Origin: a virus
Taxonomy: Duplodnaviria; Caudoviricetes
Reading direction: 5' to 3' (one strand)
DNA: 64,000 nucleotides
IMG/VR virus record: IMGVR_UViG_3300036784_000120
Span: 63,790 to 127,789 of that record
Part shown: positions 45,408 through 55,164 of the stretch, piece after piece
How the letters are laid out: each line of letters starts with the position of its first letter
How positions within the stretch are numbered: the stretch's first letter is position 1
The notes under the pieces: model-generated
What the model was told of the DNA's origin: nothing
The model's database searches: none
Seen by the model: the letters and a program-made list of their open reading frames with translations, nothing else
Made by a program: the position numbers and the translations under genes

Positions 45408-45941
45408 ATGACCCGGCCCGTCACCGACGAAGAGTTCGGCACCCTGCTCCGGTCGTTCGGGCACAGCGCGTTCCGGCTGGAAACGCGGCCGTTCTACGCC
45501 ATGAGCTACGAACGGGCCGGGTTCGAGGGGTTCCTCGCAGGGAATCCCGTGCCCCCGCCTGAACTGGACTGGTGGCGCGTGTGGCTTGATCAGGTCGCCT
45601 GCCTCACTGCCGAGGGGAAAACCGTCGGGAGGGTGCGGGTGACCGAGGAGCCGCCGAGCGACTACCAGCGCTGGCTGCTGTGGGCAACCCCGTGGTATGC
45701 GGCGGCCGGCGAGGACATCCGGTGCATCCCGCGCGGCAGGGCGGAGCAGATCGGCCTGCCGCTGGACCGCGACTGGTGGCTGCTCGACGGTGAGCGGCTG
45801 ATCCTGATGGAGTTCACCGCGGACGGGGAACTCGCCGGCAAGTCGCTCATCACCGACCCGGGAACCATCAGCACCTACCGCGCGTGGCGGGACCTGGCTG
45901 TCCGCCACGCAACGGCGGCAGCGCGGACCGCTGCCGCCTGA
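45408..45941 (+). CDS. DUF6879-like protein
   Basis: SAFRLETRPFY...GRVRVTEEPPSDYQRW...GEDIR...DWWLLD. Confidence 0.8.
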   Translation: MTRPVTDEEFGTLLRSFGHSAFRLETRPFYAMSYERAGFEGFLAGNPVPPPELDWWRVWLDQVACLTAEGKTVGRVRVTEEPPSDYQRWLLWATPWYAAAGEDIRCIPRGRAEQIGLPLDRDWWLLDGERLILMEFTADGELAGKSLITDPGTISTYRAWRDLAVRHATAAARTAAA

Positions 45942-45961
45942 CCCTCCCAGGAAGGAAACGA

Positions 45962-46810
45962 GTGCATCCAGCCGACAGGAGGGCAACCCAGCCCGGCGGC
46001 CTCGCTGAGCGCATGTTCCGCATGCGGCGGGCCGCCGGGCTGACCGGTGAGCAGCTAGCTGACGCACTCGGCTGGCCGGAACGCACGGGACGGCCGAAGG
46101 TCTCCAAGATCGAGAACGGGCGCCAGTTGCCGTCCCCTGACGACATCCGGGCATGGGCGCAGGCCACCGGTCACCCCGATGAGGCTGGCGACCTGCTGGA
46201 CCTGCTGGCCGACGTGCAGACCGTCCACACCCGCTGGCGGCGGGAACTCCGCCGCGGCCACGCAGCCGCGCAAGAAGACCTGGACCGGCAGACCCGCGCG
46301 GCGACGCGGATCCGCAACGCGGAGATAGCACTGATCCCCGGCCTCCTCCAGACCGCCGGCTACGCGCGTGCCATCCTCGCGCAGACCGCCGCCATCCACG
46401 GGACCAGCGACGTAGACGCTACCGTGGAGGCCCGCATGCGGCGGCAGGAAGTCCTCTACGACCAGAGCAAGACGTTCGAGTTCGTCACCACCGAGGCCGC
46501 ACTGCGTCTGCTGCCGTGCCCGCCGCAGGTGATGGCCGGCCAGCTCGACCGGCTGATGAGCATGGACCTGCCCAACGTGACCCTCGGGATCATCCCGATG
46601 GGCACGGAACTGCAGCTGATGCCCTACGACAGCTTTCAGATGCTGGATGACGTGGCGACCGTGGACACCCTCGGCGGGGAAGACAAGAGCATCGGCGGGG
46701 AAGACTCCGCGATGTATCAGCGTGTCTTCGGTGACCTGATGGCCGAGGCGGCTACCGGCGAGCATGCCCGCCGGCTGATTGCCGCTGCGGCGGCCGGCCT
46801 GCCCCGGTAA
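45962..46810 (+). CDS. XRE-HTH + DUF5753 regulator
   Basis: GLTGEQLADALGW...KVSKIENG; IPGLLQTAGYARA...RMRRQEVL...EAAL. Confidence 0.88.
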   Translation: MHPADRRATQPGGLAERMFRMRRAAGLTGEQLADALGWPERTGRPKVSKIENGRQLPSPDDIRAWAQATGHPDEAGDLLDLLADVQTVHTRWRRELRRGHAAAQEDLDRQTRAATRIRNAEIALIPGLLQTAGYARAILAQTAAIHGTSDVDATVEARMRRQEVLYDQSKTFEFVTTEAALRLLPCPPQVMAGQLDRLMSMDLPNVTLGIIPMGTELQLMPYDSFQMLDDVATVDTLGGEDKSIGGEDSAMYQRVFGDLMAEAATGEHARRLIAAAAAGLPR

Positions 46811-46975
46811 ACTCGGCTCCGTGTAAGTGGCAACTGGCTGCCGCGCCGGCCTTCCGCCCCATCCCGGCGGACAAGAGGAACTCATCCCTCGCGCGGATTT
46901 TGCGGGCCCGGTGCCGCCGCAGGTGCCGGGCCCGCGCCTATGGACGCTCTGTCATTCCGGATCTACCGTCAGTGC

Positions 46976-47323
46976 ATGCGGAAGGGAACGTTCACCGTCG
47001 CCGCCGGGATCGTGCTGCTGGCCGCCTGGGGCGGCTGGCACCTGCTGGGCGTCATCCTCGCTGCGCTTGCCCTGTTCTTCGCGTACTGGGTTTCGCTGAT
47101 CGTCCACCCGCGTACCCGGCACACCGGGATCGGGGGCTGCGGCGGGACCGGTGAGCACCGCGGCGGGATTTTCGGGTGGGGGCACCGCCGCTGCCCCGGG
47201 TGTGACGGCGGCCGGATGATCCGGCTGGGTGCGGGGACGTTCGGCACGGAACCGGTCCGGGACGAGTACCGCCGGCGCCGCCAGGCACGGCGGGCGGCCC
47301 GCGACCGGCATGCCTGGCGGTGA
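46976..47323 (+). CDS. Membrane protein with DnaJ-like CxxCxG motifs
   Basis: TM then CGGTG...CPGCDGGR. Confidence 0.65.
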   Translation: MRKGTFTVAAGIVLLAAWGGWHLLGVILAALALFFAYWVSLIVHPRTRHTGIGGCGGTGEHRGGIFGWGHRRCPGCDGGRMIRLGAGTFGTEPVRDEYRRRRQARRAARDRHAWR

Positions 47324-47379
47324 TCCGGCAATTCCTGTTGGCTTCCCGGGCCGGTGTTCCGGTATGGTCTGCGGTTAGC

Positions 47380-47451
47380 ACCTCTCCCGAAGTGCAGGCG
47401 CCGGTTACTTCTTGAAAAGGCGACCCGTCGCCGATCCGTTGTCGGGAGGGT
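47380..47451 (+). ncRNA. Candidate Y RNA 1 (Ro60-associated)
   Basis: CTCCCGA...TCGGGAG stem; shares CCCGAAGTGCAGG and CCCGTCGCCGA with RNA 2; TATGGT upstream. Confidence 0.65.
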
Positions 47452-47466
47452 CTACAACTTCATGGC

Positions 47467-47585
47467 GGGCGCTGCCCGAAGTGCAGGTGACGGTTCCTTC
47501 GTTTCTGGAACGAGTGAGCGGGCCCTGGCCTGGCCGGGGCAGCGCGCTTTGTGTCCCGTCGCCGACTCGTTATCGGGCGGCGCCC
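47467..47585 (+). ncRNA. Candidate Y RNA 2 (Ro60-associated)
   Basis: GGGCGCTGCCCGA...TCGGGCGGCGCCC 13-bp terminal stem; directly upstream of the TROVE gene. Confidence 0.7.
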
Positions 47586-47633
47586 GGCCATGAAGCTGAA
47601 TACCCTCCCTCCCGCTCGAGGAGGTTGAGGAAG

Positions 47634-49304
47634 ATGGCCAAGTTCAACCGGGATGTCCGGCCCGCTGTCACCAGCCCGGTCACCAGCGTCCCGTCCGGCA
47701 GGACCGCGCTCGGCGCAGCCGGGTACGCGCGTGACGCCAAGTCTGAGCTGCACCTGCTCGCGGTCGCTTACATGGGCGGCGGGGACACCCATCACGAGAC
47801 CGGTGCGGCCCGCGACACCCGGCTGCAGGCCCTGGTCCGGCAGGTCGCCGCCGAGGATCCCGGCTGGGCGGCCCGGTTCATTCCCTGGCTGCGGGACGGC
47901 GCGAACATGCGTACCGCGCCGGTGATCGCCGCTGCGGAAGCGGTGAAGGGGATGGCTGACGCTGAGGTGCCGGGCGGGCGGCAGATCGTCGCCGGGGCGC
48001 TGAAGCGGGCGGATGAGCCGGGTGAGCTGATCGCCTACTGGTGGTCCCGGTACGGGCGCCGGCTGCCGATCGCGCTGAAGCGGGGTGTCGCCGACGCCGT
48101 GTATGACCTTTACACCGAGTTCTCGTTGCTGAAGTGGGATTCGCGGGAGGCGGCGGTGCGGTTCGGTGACGTGATCGAGCTGGTCAACCCGCGGTACCGC
48201 AAGGCGGAGTACGGCACGTGGCGGGACGCGCTGTGGCGGCATGCGATCGAGCGGCGCCACGGCCGCGGCAACGACATCCCGGCTGTGCTGGGCATGATCC
48301 GGGCGAACGCGGCGCTGCGGGCGGCGGCGGTGGCGGACCTGCGTGTCCTGCTCGACCCGGGGGCGCTGTGGGCGGCCGGGATCACCTGGCAGGATGCCCT
48401 GTCGCTGGCCGGGTCGCGGCTGCCGAAGCGTGACCTGTGGTCGGCGCTGATCCCGGTGATGGGATATGAGGCGCTGCTGAAGAACCTGCGGGGGTTCGAC
48501 GACGCGGGCGTGCCCGACGAGCTCGCCGCGGAGGTCGTCGCGAAGCTGATCGACCCGGAGGAGGTCGCGAAGTCGCGGCAGTTCCCGTTCCGGTTCCTGT
48601 CCGCCTACCGGGCGGCGGGGCTGCGGTGGTCGTATCCGCTCGAGCAGGCACTCACCGCGTCGCTCGCAGGCGTGCCGCAGCTGCCGGGCCGGACGCTGGT
48701 CCTCGTCGACCGGTCCCCGTCGATGTGGGAGCAGAAGTTCAGTGAGCACTCGGACATGCCGTGGGCGGACGCGGCGGCGGTGTTCGGGGCGGCGCTCGCG
48801 CTGCGCGCCGCGGACGCGGACCTCGCCGAGTTCTGGGCCGCGTCCCGGCCGGTGCCGTTCCGCAAGGGCGAGTCGGTGCTGAGGCTCACCGAGCGGTTCA
48901 GTTTCCAGCCCGCCCCGGGCGGCACCGACATTCCGTCGGCGGTCCGCGCGCACCTAGCCGGGCATGACCGGGTGGTTATCGTCACCGACGAGCAGACCGC
49001 CCCCGGCTGGCTGCCGTCGAACAGGTACGGGTACGGGGGCCTGCCCCCGACCCTGATAGATGACCTGATCCCGGCCAGCGTGCCGCTGTACATGTGGAAC
49101 TTCGGCGGCTACCAGCGGGGTGCCGCGCCGTCCGGGTCGGGGAACCGGGTTACCCTCGGGGGGCTGACCGACTCGGCGTTCCGCCTCATCCCGATACTCG
49201 AGGCGGGCCGCGATGCCCGCTGGGATGACCTGTTCGGCCCGGCTCCGGCCCCCCGGCAGGAGCCGGTTTCCGGCGGAACCCGGACAGCACGGCGAGCACC
49301 GTGA
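47634..49304 (+). CDS. TROVE-domain Ro60/Rsr RNA-binding protein with vWA domain
   Basis: MAKFN...DAKSEL...NMRTA...RADEPGE...ALLKNLR...SRQFPFRFLSAY; vWA LVDRSPSM, GGTD, IVTDEQ. Confidence 0.93.
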   Translation: MAKFNRDVRPAVTSPVTSVPSGRTALGAAGYARDAKSELHLLAVAYMGGGDTHHETGAARDTRLQALVRQVAAEDPGWAARFIPWLRDGANMRTAPVIAAAEAVKGMADAEVPGGRQIVAGALKRADEPGELIAYWWSRYGRRLPIALKRGVADAVYDLYTEFSLLKWDSREAAVRFGDVIELVNPRYRKAEYGTWRDALWRHAIERRHGRGNDIPAVLGMIRANAALRAAAVADLRVLLDPGALWAAGITWQDALSLAGSRLPKRDLWSALIPVMGYEALLKNLRGFDDAGVPDELAAEVVAKLIDPEEVAKSRQFPFRFLSAYRAAGLRWSYPLEQALTASLAGVPQLPGRTLVLVDRSPSMWEQKFSEHSDMPWADAAAVFGAALALRAADADLAEFWAASRPVPFRKGESVLRLTERFSFQPAPGGTDIPSAVRAHLAGHDRVVIVTDEQTAPGWLPSNRYGYGGLPPTLIDDLIPASVPLYMWNFGGYQRGAAPSGSGNRVTLGGLTDSAFRLIPILEAGRDARWDDLFGPAPAPRQEPVSGGTRTARRAP

Positions 49305-49477
49305 ACGCGGGCAGTGAGCAGGCCGATGCCCGCCGCGTCCTCGCCTCGGCGCGGGGTGCGCTCTGGAAGGCTCACGCTCGCCGCGGTGTCCGCTCCGCGG
49401 TGATCACGGCGGGAGTCTTCGCGTTCCTCGCCGTGATCGCCGGGCTGCTGATGCTCGCAGGCGTGAACCCCGGCTAG
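49301..49477 (+). CDS. Small membrane protein
   Basis: GTGA coupling; C-terminal TM. Confidence 0.55.
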   Translation: MNAGSEQADARRVLASARGALWKAHARRGVRSAVITAGVFAFLAVIAGLLMLAGVNPG

Positions 49478-49613
49478 CGCCTGCACGGTCTCTTGCAAAT
49501 TCGTTAACGCTGAGGCATCATGTGGCTGCGGTACGTGCGCGGCTCGGCTGGCTTGGGGAAGCGGCCACCCCTCACCGGCCGGGCCCGCGCCCGCCATGAA
49601 GGGAGACCCCAGG

Positions 49614-49877
49614 ATGACGGCCCCGCGACGAAAGCCGACCGGACCACAGTGGGTGAAGTCCTCGTTCAGCTTCTCCAACGGCAACTGCATTGAGGTAGCG
49701 AACCTCGGCGACGGCACGATCGGCGTCCGCGACTCCAAAGACCCCGACGGCCCGGTGCTCGTGTTCCCCGCGTCGGCGCTGCGGGCGTTCACCCGCGGGC
49801 AGCAGCAAGAGTTACAGCCATCCGGCCAGCGGGGACAACGGGGATCATGCCGGGTGAACGCGAAACCAGGATCCTAG
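49614..49877 (+). CDS. DUF397 protein
   Basis: WVKSSFSFSNGNCIEVA...VRDSKDPDGPVLVF. Confidence 0.92.
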   Translation: MTAPRRKPTGPQWVKSSFSFSNGNCIEVANLGDGTIGVRDSKDPDGPVLVFPASALRAFTRGQQQELQPSGQRGQRGSCRVNAKPGS

Positions 49878-50020
49878 CCCGCGTCCTGGCGTTCCTCTGG
49901 CCCGCCAGCTGGACCGAGACACGGCGCGGCCTCCTCCTGTGCATCGTGGCGACCTTCAGCCTGGCCGGGGCGATCATCGGCCTCCTAGTCGGCGTCGGCG
50001 TCACCCTGGCCATGCACTGA
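49847..50020 (+). CDS. Small membrane protein
   Basis: Hand-translated, 57 aa with a TM. Confidence 0.5.
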   Translation: MPGERETRILARVLAFLWPASWTETRRGLLLCIVATFSLAGAIIGLLVGVGVTLAMH

Positions 50021-50041
50021 GCCCGTGGCAGACTAGCGGCC

Positions 50042-50191
50042 ATGGCCGACCCGGAGAACGAGCCGCACGAGTATTGCGTGGCGCACGACCGGCCGATCGA
50101 CTGGTGCCGGGACCCGGACAGGTGCCGCGAGATCATGAAGTCGTGGGGCCTCTACCCGGAGGACACGCCGAATGTCGGCCCCCCCGCGTAG
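50042..50191 (+). CDS. Small Cys/His protein
   Basis: MADPENEPHEYCVAHDRPIDWC. Confidence 0.5.
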   Translation: MADPENEPHEYCVAHDRPIDWCRDPDRCREIMKSWGLYPEDTPNVGPPA

Positions 50192-50200
50192 CCTGCCCTC

Positions 50201-50497
50201 ATGGACGCCCCAGCGGTCACAGCTGTGGGCAGCCCGTTCCCGGTAGACCCCGCCGACATCGACGATGAGGTCTGGCGGCCAGTGTGGCGGACGATGACGA
50301 TCCGCCAGGGCTACCCGGCGGACGAGGACGACGCCAGGCTGATCGCGGCGATGGTGATCGCGGCGCTCGCCATTGAGCCCCGTAAGCCTGTCTTTCCGCC
50401 TTCGATGACGGTGAGCGGGCAGGCCCGGGCGGCGAGGCAGGCGGCGTACCCTTCGGCGTACCCGACGGTGCGTCCGGCCATCCAGCCGTCACCGTAG
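50201..50497 (+). CDS. Hypothetical protein
   Basis: Convergent overlap with 50311..50589. Confidence 0.45.
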   Translation: MDAPAVTAVGSPFPVDPADIDDEVWRPVWRTMTIRQGYPADEDDARLIAAMVIAALAIEPRKPVFPPSMTVSGQARAARQAAYPSAYPTVRPAIQPSP

Positions 50498-50589
50498 AGG
50501 GCCCGCACCGCCTCGGCGGTGAGCCCGGCGTCAGGTGCCCCCGCGGGCGGTTCGGCACGTTCGGTCACATGCTGATGCGAGGCCGGCAT
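50311..50589 (-). CDS. Hypothetical protein
   Basis: GAGGAG RBS; GYAEGY, LTVIEGG. Confidence 0.5.
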   Translation of the reverse strand: MPASHQHVTERAEPPAGAPDAGLTAEAVRALYGDGWMAGRTVGYAEGYAACLAARACPLTVIEGGKTGLRGSMASAAITIAAISLASSSSAG

Positions 50590-50782
50590 GATCCGGTACT
50601 CCTCCCCGTTCCCGCGCAGCACGGGAACGTCAGTGGTCCCTTTTGTGCTCGGGCCTCGCGGGAAGCCCCTCCCGTCTAGTGACGGACACAAGGCAGCGTA
50701 ACGCGCAGTTAACCGGCTTGTCAGCCCGTATCGGTGTCCTGGTCACCCGGCTCCCTCACAGGAGGGAATCACGGGGGGAGGG

Positions 50783-51286
50783 TCAGCCTGCCGCCGCAGT
50801 GCCCGGGTTTGGGTTGCCGTCGCCGAACACGTCGCGCACCGAGTCGAGGACACCGAGGACCGTCCTGATGTCCTCGTCGCTGCGCCCCTCTGCCCGCATG
50901 GCCCGGAACACGCGGCGTTTCGTCGGGTCGGCGGGGAACAGCGTCCAGGCGAGGTCATCGGCGGGTTCGGGGCCGAACAGGAGGTCTCCCGGCCCGTACC
51001 CGGCCGGGCCGGCGCGGCGTTCCACCGGCTGCCCGCCGCGCAGGATCGCCTCGAACGAGCCTGGCTCCCACCCGTATAGGGCTTCCAGGTAGGTGACCGT
51101 GGCGGGCGGGTAGGAGGTCCGCTCGCCGCGTTCAAGGCGTTCGATCGTCTTGATGCTCGGGTGCTTGATGCCGCCGCGGTCGGCGAGGAACCTGCGGCGC
51201 TGCCGGTAGCCGTAGCCGAGCTGGCCGCGGCGCTCCTCGAGGGTGCGGCCGAGGCGGCGCCACGCGTCGGGCGGGTACGTTTCCAT
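50783..51286 (-). CDS. Immunity repressor-like HTH protein
   Basis: WRRLGRTLEERRGQLGY...SIKTIERLERG...LEALYGWEPGS; divergent from the Cro-like gene. Confidence 0.75.
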   Translation of the reverse strand: METYPPDAWRRLGRTLEERRGQLGYGYRQRRRFLADRGGIKHPSIKTIERLERGERTSYPPATVTYLEALYGWEPGSFEAILRGGQPVERRAGPAGYGPGDLLFGPEPADDLAWTLFPADPTKRRVFRAMRAEGRSDEDIRTVLGVLDSVRDVFGDGNPNPGTAAAG

Positions 51287-51432
51287 TTCGATTGTCCCGT
51301 CTCCAGCCGCTCTAGTCCTGATCGTGAAGGACAGAGCGGGCCCCCGTCAATTCTCCCGCCACCCACGGGCACGGTACCACTTCCGGCGCGTTCCGCTTGC
51401 CTATAAATGCGGATAAAGCTATGGTGTCGTCC

Positions 51433-51735
51433 ATGAGCGAGACACTGAAGGACACGCCCCGCCGGGTGCGGCCCCGGGCCACTCCGGTCCGGCAGAACGG
51501 CCCGGCGATCGCGGCGATCCGGGAACTGTCCGGCTGGTCGCAGAACAGGTTCGCGAAGTTCGCGGGCTTCTCGCAGCCGTTCCTCTCAGGCGTTGAGAGC
51601 GAGCAGGAAAACACGTCAGCCGCCACGCTCAGCCTCATCGCCAGCAAACTCGGTGTCCCCGTCGTGGCGATCAGCAGCCGGGCCGCAGTCCCCTGCGCCG
51701 TCTGCGCCGCACGTGAGGCAGCAGAAGCAGCCTAG
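51433..51735 (+). CDS. Cro-like XRE HTH protein
   Basis: IRELSGWSQNRFAKFAGFSQPFLSGVES; TATGGT 7 nt before ATG. Confidence 0.85.
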   Translation: MSETLKDTPRRVRPRATPVRQNGPAIAAIRELSGWSQNRFAKFAGFSQPFLSGVESEQENTSAATLSLIASKLGVPVVAISSRAAVPCAVCAAREAAEAA

Positions 51736-51819
51736 AAAAAAACACCCCGCCCGGTGGCTCGGGCGGGGGACGCGGGGACGCGACGGATTCAACAGTAACT
51801 CAATCGCGAAGGGACGCCA

Positions 51820-52173
51820 ATGACACTCACTACCGTGTCGGACACGGAGACGGCCGTGACGGACGCCGCTGACTGGATTTCCGGCCTGGCCTGGCTGCAG
51901 ACGTACATCGCGCTGCACCCCCGGATCCGGCTCCCGAAACGCGGCACGCTCCGCATCGAGGTCCGGGGAGAGACACGCGCCGAGCGTGAGCAGGACCTGC
52001 GGGAGATCGCCCGCCAGTGGGACGCCGGCGACCCCGGCGACCGGGCCGGGTCGCTGGTGATGGAACGCTGGTTCGGTCCCGCCGTGTGCGTCAAGGCGCA
52101 GGTGACCGTCCATCACGCCACCCACCAGGAGACGCTGGACGCATTGAGGTCCGCGCAGGAGCCGGCGGCATGA
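51820..52173 (+). CDS. Hypothetical protein
   Basis: AAGGGA RBS. Confidence 0.7.
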   Translation: MTLTTVSDTETAVTDAADWISGLAWLQTYIALHPRIRLPKRGTLRIEVRGETRAEREQDLREIARQWDAGDPGDRAGSLVMERWFGPAVCVKAQVTVHHATHQETLDALRSAQEPAA

Positions 52174-52949
52174 GGCCCATCACCGGCCGCCGCCGCCCCC
52201 GCGAGCGTTCCAAGGCGTTCATGCGCCGCGTCCTGGACATGACCCCCGAGCAGCAGGCCAGGGCAGAGCGCGGCGACCCGTTCCCCGACCAGCCGGGCTG
52301 GGACGACGAGACCCTCGCGGACCTGCACGACAACGACAGGCGCACCTACGACCGGCGGACGCAGGCGTACCCGGTCCGGCGGCCGACGTTCACCCCCGCC
52401 GGCCCGCAGCAGCTTCCCGCGCCCGGCAGCTACCCGTACCAGCCTCCCCGCAACACGCAGCCGCTGCGCCGCGAGTCCGGCCCGCAGCCGGCGATAACCC
52501 GGCCCTACGCCAACCGGTTGCAGCCGCCGCCCGTCAACCTGCTGCCGGACGTTCCGCGCCACCGGCCGCTGCCCCCGCGGGCCCTGCTGCCCGTCCGGGA
52601 CCGCCGCGCAGCCGTGGCACAGGCGTGGCTGGACCGGCTCAACCCCCCGCGCTACGACGGATACGGGCACGCTGAGCATTACGCCGCGTACATGCGGAGC
52701 GTGGGCCTGATCACCCGCACCCACACCCCGTTGGAGCACGCCGGGGCGTGGCCGCAGCCGACCACGAACGCCGGCGCCCCCGTGCCCGTGTCGCGCGGGC
52801 TGGCCATCACGGCAGGGGAGCATCTGCCCCGGCACGCCGCCGCCGCGATCCCGGTCAGGCGCCAGCCCGGCCGCGCCGGGCCGCTGCCGCCCGCCGACCT
52901 TGACCTGCTGGCCCGCGTCGCCGCCAGCCTGGAAACGCGGTCCGCGTGA
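52170..52949 (+). CDS. Pro-rich hypothetical protein
   Basis: Coupling. Confidence 0.6.
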   Translation: MRPITGRRRPRERSKAFMRRVLDMTPEQQARAERGDPFPDQPGWDDETLADLHDNDRRTYDRRTQAYPVRRPTFTPAGPQQLPAPGSYPYQPPRNTQPLRRESGPQPAITRPYANRLQPPPVNLLPDVPRHRPLPPRALLPVRDRRAAVAQAWLDRLNPPRYDGYGHAEHYAAYMRSVGLITRTHTPLEHAGAWPQPTTNAGAPVPVSRGLAITAGEHLPRHAAAAIPVRRQPGRAGPLPPADLDLLARVAASLETRSA

Positions 52950-53260
52950 GCACCGCTCCCGCCGTCACCCGCGACCCGGTGAAGGAACGGCTGGCCGCTG
53001 TCCTCGACGCGCTCAGTTACGGCCTCAACCCGCCCGACTGGCAGGACTGCCCGGCGTGCCGGGCGGCGTTCGCCAGCCGGTGCGAGCCGTGCGGGCAGGC
53101 ACTCGCCGACATCACCCTCATCGACCGGGTGGCTGCGCAGATCGGCCGGCCCGGGATGACCGAGGCTGAGGCGCTCGCCCTCTACGCGAAAACGTTCATC
53201 ATGCTCACCGGGCTGAAGCCGGGGGAGTTCAGCGGGGCACTGTCCGGGGGCGGGCGATGA
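52946..53260 (+). CDS. Hypothetical protein
   Basis: CPAC...CEPC. Confidence 0.65.
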   Translation: MSTAPAVTRDPVKERLAAVLDALSYGLNPPDWQDCPACRAAFASRCEPCGQALADITLIDRVAAQIGRPGMTEAEALALYAKTFIMLTGLKPGEFSGALSGGGR

Positions 53261-54234
53261 GCGGCCGGCGGGTCACCCCGTCCGGCATCCTCGTTGCGCC
53301 CGCCAGCGCGCCTCGCGCGGAGTGGCTGAGGCTGCGGCGGGAGGGGATCGGCGGCAGCGATGCCCTGGCGGTGCTCGGCCTGGATCCGTGGAAGACGCGC
53401 ATGGAGGTGTGGCTCGACAAGACCGGCGACCCGCGGGCTGACCGTGAGCAGACCGACCGGATGGCGTGGGGCAACGTCGTTGAGGCACCGATCGCCGAGT
53501 GGTTCACCCTCCGGACCGGCATCAGGACACACCGCTGCGGCCTGCTCCGGAACATTGACCGGCCGTGGCAGCGCGTGTCGGTTGACCGGCTGACCGCCGA
53601 CGGCGGCGTCCTGGAGATCAAGAACACGAACTACCATCGCCGCGGCGAATGGGACGACGACGACGGGGAGATCGTCGCGGACGGCGCCGAGGCGCAGGGC
53701 CAGCACGCCCTGGCCGTGACCGGCTACCCGCACGTGTGGGTGGCAGCGCAGGTCGGCGGGGAGCCGCCGGTGATCCGCAGGATCGAACGGGACGAGGCGT
53801 TCATCGCGGACCTGACCGCGATCGAGGAGGAGTTCTGGGGGCTGGTCGAAGCCCGGACACCGCCCGCGCTCGAGGGCCGCGCGTCGGCTGCCCTGATCGC
53901 CCGCCTGTATCCCGATGTCACGCCCGGCAAGACGGTGGAGCTAGACGACGCTCACGCCGGGCTGCTCCGCGAGTACCTGAAGGAAGGCGCCGCCAGGAAG
54001 GACGCCGAAGACCGGCAGGAAGAGATCAAGGCCCAGATTGAGGCGGTAATGGGGGACGCCGAGCTCGCCACGTGGAACGGTGTCCCGGCTGCCCGGTGGG
54101 CGGCCCGGGCACGGACCGGCGTGCCGAAGGAAAACATCACCATCCTCCGCGAACGTCACCCTGACGTTGCCGCGGAAGTCATCACTGTCAAGGGTTACCG
54201 CCAGTTCGGCGTGACCTTGAAGGGGGCAGCGTAA
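53257..54234 (+). CDS. YqaJ/RecE-like recombination exonuclease
   Basis: WLRLRREGIGGSD...WGNVVE...SVDRL...LEIKNT. Confidence 0.93.
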   Translation: MSGRRVTPSGILVAPASAPRAEWLRLRREGIGGSDALAVLGLDPWKTRMEVWLDKTGDPRADREQTDRMAWGNVVEAPIAEWFTLRTGIRTHRCGLLRNIDRPWQRVSVDRLTADGGVLEIKNTNYHRRGEWDDDDGEIVADGAEAQGQHALAVTGYPHVWVAAQVGGEPPVIRRIERDEAFIADLTAIEEEFWGLVEARTPPALEGRASAALIARLYPDVTPGKTVELDDAHAGLLREYLKEGAARKDAEDRQEEIKAQIEAVMGDAELATWNGVPAARWAARARTGVPKENITILRERHPDVAAEVITVKGYRQFGVTLKGAA

Positions 54235-54237
54235 ATC

Positions 54238-55164
54238 ATGGGACGGGATCTAGCGCAGCGCGCAGCGCAGCAAAACGGGGGCGGCGGGAACGGCGGTGCC
54301 GCGCCAGCCGAGCAGGTCAAGACACTCGCGCAGCAGCTTGAGCGGATGGTGCCCGAATTTCAGGCGGCCATGCCCAGGGGCCGTGAGGCAACCCAGCTTG
54401 TCCGGGACGCGATGACGTGCCTGCGGACCATCAAGAACCTGGACAAGTGCGATGCGCCGAGTTTCCTCGGCGCGCTGATGACGTGCGCGCAGCTTGACCT
54501 GCGGCCCGGTGTCGCCAGCCTGGGGCACGCGTGGCCGCTGCCGTACTGGGACGGCGCCCAGAAGCGGCACCGCGCGCAGCTGATCGTCGGTTACAAGGGC
54601 TACATCGAACTGGGTTACCGGTCAGGGAAGCTCGCCGGGATCGCGTCCCGGGTCGTCTACGAGGGCGAAGAGTTCGACATCGAGTGGCATGAGGACGGCG
54701 ACAGGCTCATCCACAAGCCCTCCTACCGGGGGCTGCACGGAGCCCCGGTGTGCTTCTACTCGGTCGCGCGGGTCATCGGCGGCGGCTACTCCCTGACCGA
54801 CCCCTGGTCGGTTGAGGAAATGGAGCAGCACCGGGACCAGTACGCGCCCAGGAACGCCAAGGGGCAGATCGTCGGCCCGTGGACCGACCACTTCCTGCCC
54901 ATGGGGAAGAAGACGATGATCCTGCGGAACTTCGCGATGCTGCCGAAGTCCGCCGCGATGGTCGCTGCGATGCAGGCTGACAACGGTATCCGGGTGGACC
55001 TGACCCCCGATGCCCCCGCCGGGGAAGTGACCGAGCACCACACGGTGCCAGGTGCCGTCGAGCCCGATGAGGCAGGCGAACCGGGGACAGACGGCGGCGA
55101 CACGGGCTTCCCGAACGACCCAGGCGACTGGGCGGCGGGCGGGGGTGACCCTGGTGGCGAGTGA
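54238..55164 (+). CDS. recT: RecT recombinase
   Basis: SFLGALMTCAQLDLRPG...AQLIVGYKGYIELGYRSG...GPWTDHFLPMGKKT. Confidence 0.93.
   Translation: MGRDLAQRAAQQNGGGGNGGAAPAEQVKTLAQQLERMVPEFQAAMPRGREATQLVRDAMTCLRTIKNLDKCDAPSFLGALMTCAQLDLRPGVASLGHAWPLPYWDGAQKRHRAQLIVGYKGYIELGYRSGKLAGIASRVVYEGEEFDIEWHEDGDRLIHKPSYRGLHGAPVCFYSVARVIGGGYSLTDPWSVEEMEQHRDQYAPRNAKGQIVGPWTDHFLPMGKKTMILRNFAMLPKSAAMVAAMQADNGIRVDLTPDAPAGEVTEHHTVPGAVEPDEAGEPGTDGGDTGFPNDPGDWAAGGGDPGGE

Noticed and set aside
49809-49820. In-frame TTA in the DUF397 tail (GAG TTA C AGC)
   Set aside because: No matching landing codon, and it lies past the conserved domain.
50376-50388. GGC TTA C GGG on the minus strand looks like a fourth bypass site
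   Set aside because: It lies in the tail of a weak ORF overlapping a convergent gene; the shifted frame gives no plausible protein.
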